Below, one piece after another: positions 60,964 through 64,000 of a stretch of DNA of 64,000 nucleotides. The translations under genes and the position numbers were made by a program. The stretch covers positions 512,001 to 576,000 of the forward strand of contig JBMNIH010000004.1 in the NCBI GenBank assembly GCA_050950825.1, written 5' to 3'. The notes beneath the pieces are model-generated. The model was given only the letters and a program-made list of their open reading frames with translations, made no database searches and had not been told where the DNA came from. The first letter of the stretch is position 1; every line of letters begins with the position of its first letter. The stretch comes from Clostridia bacterium. Lineage in GTDB: Bacteria; Bacillota; Clostridia; JAAYHZ01.

Positions 60964-62238
60964 CTATGGTCTAATTTGGGGTTGATTGTTTGGAGCGGAT
61001 TTTAAAGCCAATTTTCTAGCTTTCTCAAGTCTTTCCAAAAGCTTTGGGGGAGAAGCACCTGGAGCGTGTTTTTGTTTTGCAAATCTTTCAAGAACTTCAA
61101 TTTCTTTTAAGTAATCCTTTCGCTTCCTGTAAATGATCGCTAGTTGCTCATAATACCAGGGAGCAACTCCCCATTTTTCAGCTCTGCTTTCAGCCTCTAC
61201 CGCCTTTATCAGCTCTTGCAATAGTTGCTCAGCTTTCTCTAAATCACCAACACGTTTTAATTCTTTTATAGTTTCTACATACTCGGTATAGTGTCTGCCT
61301 AAATAGTATCCTTGCTTTTCTGTCGATTTCCGAGGAGCAAAATGGAGATTGCCATATACCTCTTTAGTTGTATCATCACTGGTTCCTTCATTTTCATGAG
61401 GTGGCCATGACACCTGATATTGGGTCAAGTATGTCTTGTTAATGTTGATAATAGGGGCTTGACTCAGCCGCTTGTTAAGCCATATATGTACTCCCAAGCT
61501 CGGCGCCTTAAAACTACCTCCTCGGATCAATCCGGCAATGGCAAACGATTGAATATTTGTGGCATCCATTGCGGAGGCTAATTTTGCAGCTATTTCCTTG
61601 GCTATATAGCCGACATGACTACCTCCTATTTCAGCTTTAATAGCATTTGGATCATACTTGTTCGACGGTTCGCGGACCAATTGAACACATACGGGGACAA
61701 GATAGCCATTACTGCGGGGTTTGCCAGCGAACTGTTGTAGAGCTTTTTGTCGATAAGATTCCCCGCGTACCAGATCAAGAGGCGCTTCCCATTTCAGCCA
61801 TTCCTCATTTTCTATCCAATCAGGAGAAGTATTGGCTTCTAGGATTTCTATTTTTTTTCTAAAGAAGGAGTATTTTTTGCTGTTTATTTTAGCCAAAGGT
61901 GCAATTTCTGTTTTGTTTGTTATAGGTTCCTCTGTTAAGAACCTTGCTGATTGTTGTTTCTCAATGTTCTGAGGAGTCTGGTGATCTGATTTATTTCTAA
62001 AATGCACTTTGTTTCTAAACACAAGATAGGTCGGGAGCGTAAGGATTCCTAACAGGCCTAAAAAAGGGTTAGAAGAATCGTTGATTGTTGCGCCAGTAAT
62101 AATAGCCGACACAATGAGAAATCCAATAAGCAAAAGTGTATTAGATAGCCCTTCCTCTCGAAAGCGCCATTGTTTTTTTACGCCCATAAAAAGAGCTATT
62201 ATACAGGAGATAAATAATCCCAAAAAATAATCGAACAT
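60964..62238 (-). CDS. Membrane protein with a HIRAN domain and TPR-like C-terminus
   Basis: N-terminal TMs; GESYRQ...LVREP.N.YDPNAI...VGYI; YEQLAIIYRK. Confidence 0.72.
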   Translation of the reverse strand: MFDYFLGLFISCIIALFMGVKKQWRFREEGLSNTLLLIGFLIVSAIITGATINDSSNPFLGLLGILTLPTYLVFRNKVHFRNKSDHQTPQNIEKQQSARFLTEEPITNKTEIAPLAKINSKKYSFFRKKIEILEANTSPDWIENEEWLKWEAPLDLVRGESYRQKALQQFAGKPRSNGYLVPVCVQLVREPSNKYDPNAIKAEIGGSHVGYIAKEIAAKLASAMDATNIQSFAIAGLIRGGSFKAPSLGVHIWLNKRLSQAPIININKTYLTQYQVSWPPHENEGTSDDTTKEVYGNLHFAPRKSTEKQGYYLGRHYTEYVETIKELKRVGDLEKAEQLLQELIKAVEAESRAEKWGVAPWYYEQLAIIYRKRKDYLKEIEVLERFAKQKHAPGASPPKLLERLEKARKLALKSAPNNQPQIRP

Positions 62239-62258
62239 AATATATCACCATAAAGATC

Positions 62259-62582
62259 CTATTGGGTCTCTTTTTTCTGCCTCTTCATCTTAACAAACTC
62301 TTTAAACCTTTCTATTTCCTCCAACTCTTCCTCAGTCCAGTCTTCGCCCTCGTGATGGGCGGCGATGGTTTCGATTGGTTCTCTGATACTGACTCGGCCA
62401 AGAAGGTAATCCAAGCTAACGTTAAAATAATCGGCTAACTTGGCAACCGTAGTAAGATCCGGTTCGCTTTTGCCCGTTTCATATTGCGTATACGTAGTAC
62501 GGCTAACGCCCAACATTTGAGCAATATCCAATTGCTTTAATCCTTTTTCTTCTCTAAGCAATTTTAAACGTTCACCAATCAT
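62259..62582 (-). CDS. XRE-family prophage repressor (ImmR/CI-like)
   Basis: RLKLLR, YETGKSEP, FNVSLDYLLGR and TIAAH tail. Confidence 0.9.
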   Translation of the reverse strand: MIGERLKLLREEKGLKQLDIAQMLGVSRTTYTQYETGKSEPDLTTVAKLADYFNVSLDYLLGRVSIREPIETIAAHHEGEDWTEEELEEIERFKEFVKMKRQKKETQ

Positions 62583-62618
62583 TTTACACACCACCAGTAT
62601 TTGTATATTTATTATACC

Positions 62619-62732
62619 TGTCAACAATGTTGACATCAATAAATGTCAAAAAAATTGACACAAATTTTAAAATAGTGCTTGACAATGTCATAGTTCTTGA
62701 TTTATAATGAAGACAGGTCAAGAAAAATGACT
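62619..62732. promoter_or_regulatory. Divergent switch promoters with four 17-bp operators
   Basis: TGTCAA-N5-TTGACA at 62619 and 62644, degenerate copies at 62686 and 62716; TTGACA 62679 / TATAAT 62703. Confidence 0.75.
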
Positions 62733-62748
62733 TATCGGAGGTGTAAGC

Positions 62749-62900
62749 GTGAGAATTTGGTTAAAAGAACTAAGATATAAGTCAAATAACATGACACAGG
62801 AACAACTGGCAAAGGCGGCAGGCATTTCAAGAACGATGATAACTGAAATCGAAAACGGAAATGCGAATCCGTCTGTGGAGGTAGCAAAAAAAATAGCCGC
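62749..62900 (+). pseudogene. Truncated Cro-like HTH
   Basis: LKELR..MTQEQLAKAAGISR..ITEIENG.ANPSVEVAKKIA, then runs into unrelated antisense sequence. Confidence 0.75.
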
Positions 62901-63050
62901 CGTCGTAGTTACGGCTTTGGTCGTCGTTACCGTAGCGTCATCGCCCGATACTTGATCCGTTTTGCCGCCTTGCGATGCCACCACAATAATCACAACCAAT
63001 ACGGCAACAACCCAAAACCACCATTTTTTAAATAGCTTCATAGTATCCAT
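62898..63050 (-). pseudogene. N-terminal fragment of a membrane-anchored prophage protein
   Basis: GGAGG RBS, KKWWFWVVAVLVVII and a Thr-rich linker, cut at the Cro junction. Confidence 0.65.
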
Positions 63051-63340
63051 ACCTCCTTACTTAATTACCATTATTTTAAGTTATTGGTCAACGTTTTGCA
63101 ACAATCGGTAGCTTGTAATTGTTATTAATTTTTTGTATCGCTTTTATTGTGGACGCAGACGAGGCCCTGCAGGAAATCCTCAAGGCGCAGCGGCTTGAAC
63201 TGCTCGACACAAAGAAATTTGCCGGACTAAAGAAGTTGTACGAAGAAAAGTACCTGCTTGAGGACGATTTGGAAGAAGAAGAACCGTAACACATGGGAAA
63301 AACACACCTCATCCGGCGACGGGCTGATGAGCTAAAAATT

Positions 63341-63365
63341 GAAGAGCCGTGAGGCTCTTTTTTTT
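63341..63365 (+). terminator. Intrinsic terminator
   Basis: AAGAGCC-gtga-GGCTCTT followed by a T tract. Confidence 0.7.
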
Positions 63366-63428
63366 ACTGCTTGGTTTTATGTCGATATCCTGTTATCGGT
63401 ATCGTAGCTTTAATGGTTGTGGATTCAA

Positions 63429-63784
63429 TGGTGGAGGCGAGGGGAGTTGAACCCCTGTCCGAAATCGCATCCACAAGAATTTCTCCGGGTGCAGTCTGAT
63501 TTTCAATTTCCTCTAAGGGACGCTACAGACTCGCTTCTCTTAGAGTAGTTACCGATTTGTCATGCACGGATTAGATAACAATTACCGTGTCACGTTCACC
63601 GCTAATCGACGCCCTTTTCGCAGCCGCGGTGTACTGCGAGAGGACGGCTGCCTAATGATTAGGCAGCGTATGCTACATTATTGTCAGCAGTTAATTTTTA
63701 AGTTCTCGTTTTTTAAAGAGGCCAACGAGAATCCTCTACCCGCTTATCCTGCTTCAACAATCCCGTCGAAACCGGTTCGCCCCC
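63429..63784 (-). ncRNA. ssrA: tmRNA; tag reading frame ADNNVAYAA* at 63688-63659
   Basis: 5' GGGGGCGAACCGGTTTCGACGGG, 3' GGTTCAACTCCCCTCGCCTCCACCA, tag ending AA; directly downstream of smpB. Confidence 0.96.
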
Positions 63785-63788
63785 ATGA

Positions 63789-64000
63789 TTAATAGGATTG
63801 TTCTTTCATTCTCATTTCGATCTCGCGCTTTGCATCGCGTGCGATCATGTCTTGGCGTTTGTCGTAGGTTTTCTTCCCGCGGCATATGCCAAGCTCCACT
63901 TTTACTCGAGGACCTTTAAAGTATAAAGATAAAGGCACCAAAGTTTTTCCTTTTTCGGACACCAGGCCGGCTAATCTTGAAATTTCATGCTTGTGCATCA
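63789..64000 (-). CDS. smpB: SsrA-binding protein, C-terminal part
   Basis: HKHEI, TLVPLSLYFK and GKKTYDKR. Confidence 0.95.
   Translation of the reverse strand, partial: MHKHEISRLAGLVSEKGKTLVPLSLYFKGPRVKVELGICRGKKTYDKRQDMIARDAKREIEMRMKEQSY

Larger units (their letters stand above)
56118..63441. mobile_element. Defective prophage/ICE remnant integrated at the 3' end of ssrA
   Basis: 13-bp direct repeat TGGTGGAGGCGAG at 56118-56130 and 63429-63441 (tmRNA 3' end) flanks an integrase, ImmA, a repressor and a truncated Cro. Confidence 0.85.

Noticed and set aside
63305-63350. Hammerhead ribozyme suggested by CTGATGAG
   Set aside because: No stem II followed by GAAA and no compatible stems I and III; GATGAG pairs with the upstream CTCATC instead.

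Overview
Chromosomal window from a low-GC Firmicute, probably a spore-forming Clostridia member (inferred from gene content). Positions 1-46 kb are mostly housekeeping: tRNA-Trp, rph-rdgB, yceD-rpmF-DUF512-der-plsY, a sugar oxidoreductase/isomerase cluster, a Glu/Leu/Phe/Val dehydrogenase, gmhA-GT2-YfhO, rex, an EF-G paralogue, ctsR-mcsA-mcsB-clpC-radA and nagB. From about 46 kb the region is accessory: a broken ECF sigma/anti-sigma pair, a BlaI/BlaR-like pair, an IS3-family element, tRNA-Ala(CGC), an AraC regulator, an IS256-family element, and a ~7.3 kb internally deleted prophage/ICE remnant integrated at the 3' end of ssrA (tmRNA), followed by smpB. The most striking observation is a ~170-nt non-coding long hairpin present in both unrelated IS elements (50277-50447 and 55274-55439). 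It shows compensatory base changes and a consistent G-T/G-U strand bias, and it folds a sigma70-type promoter with a paired -35 and an unpaired -10. That resembles a single-stranded promoter/origin or a 6S-like promoter mimic carried by copy-out IS elements. All calls come from reading the sequence and recalled family motifs; no database searches were run.
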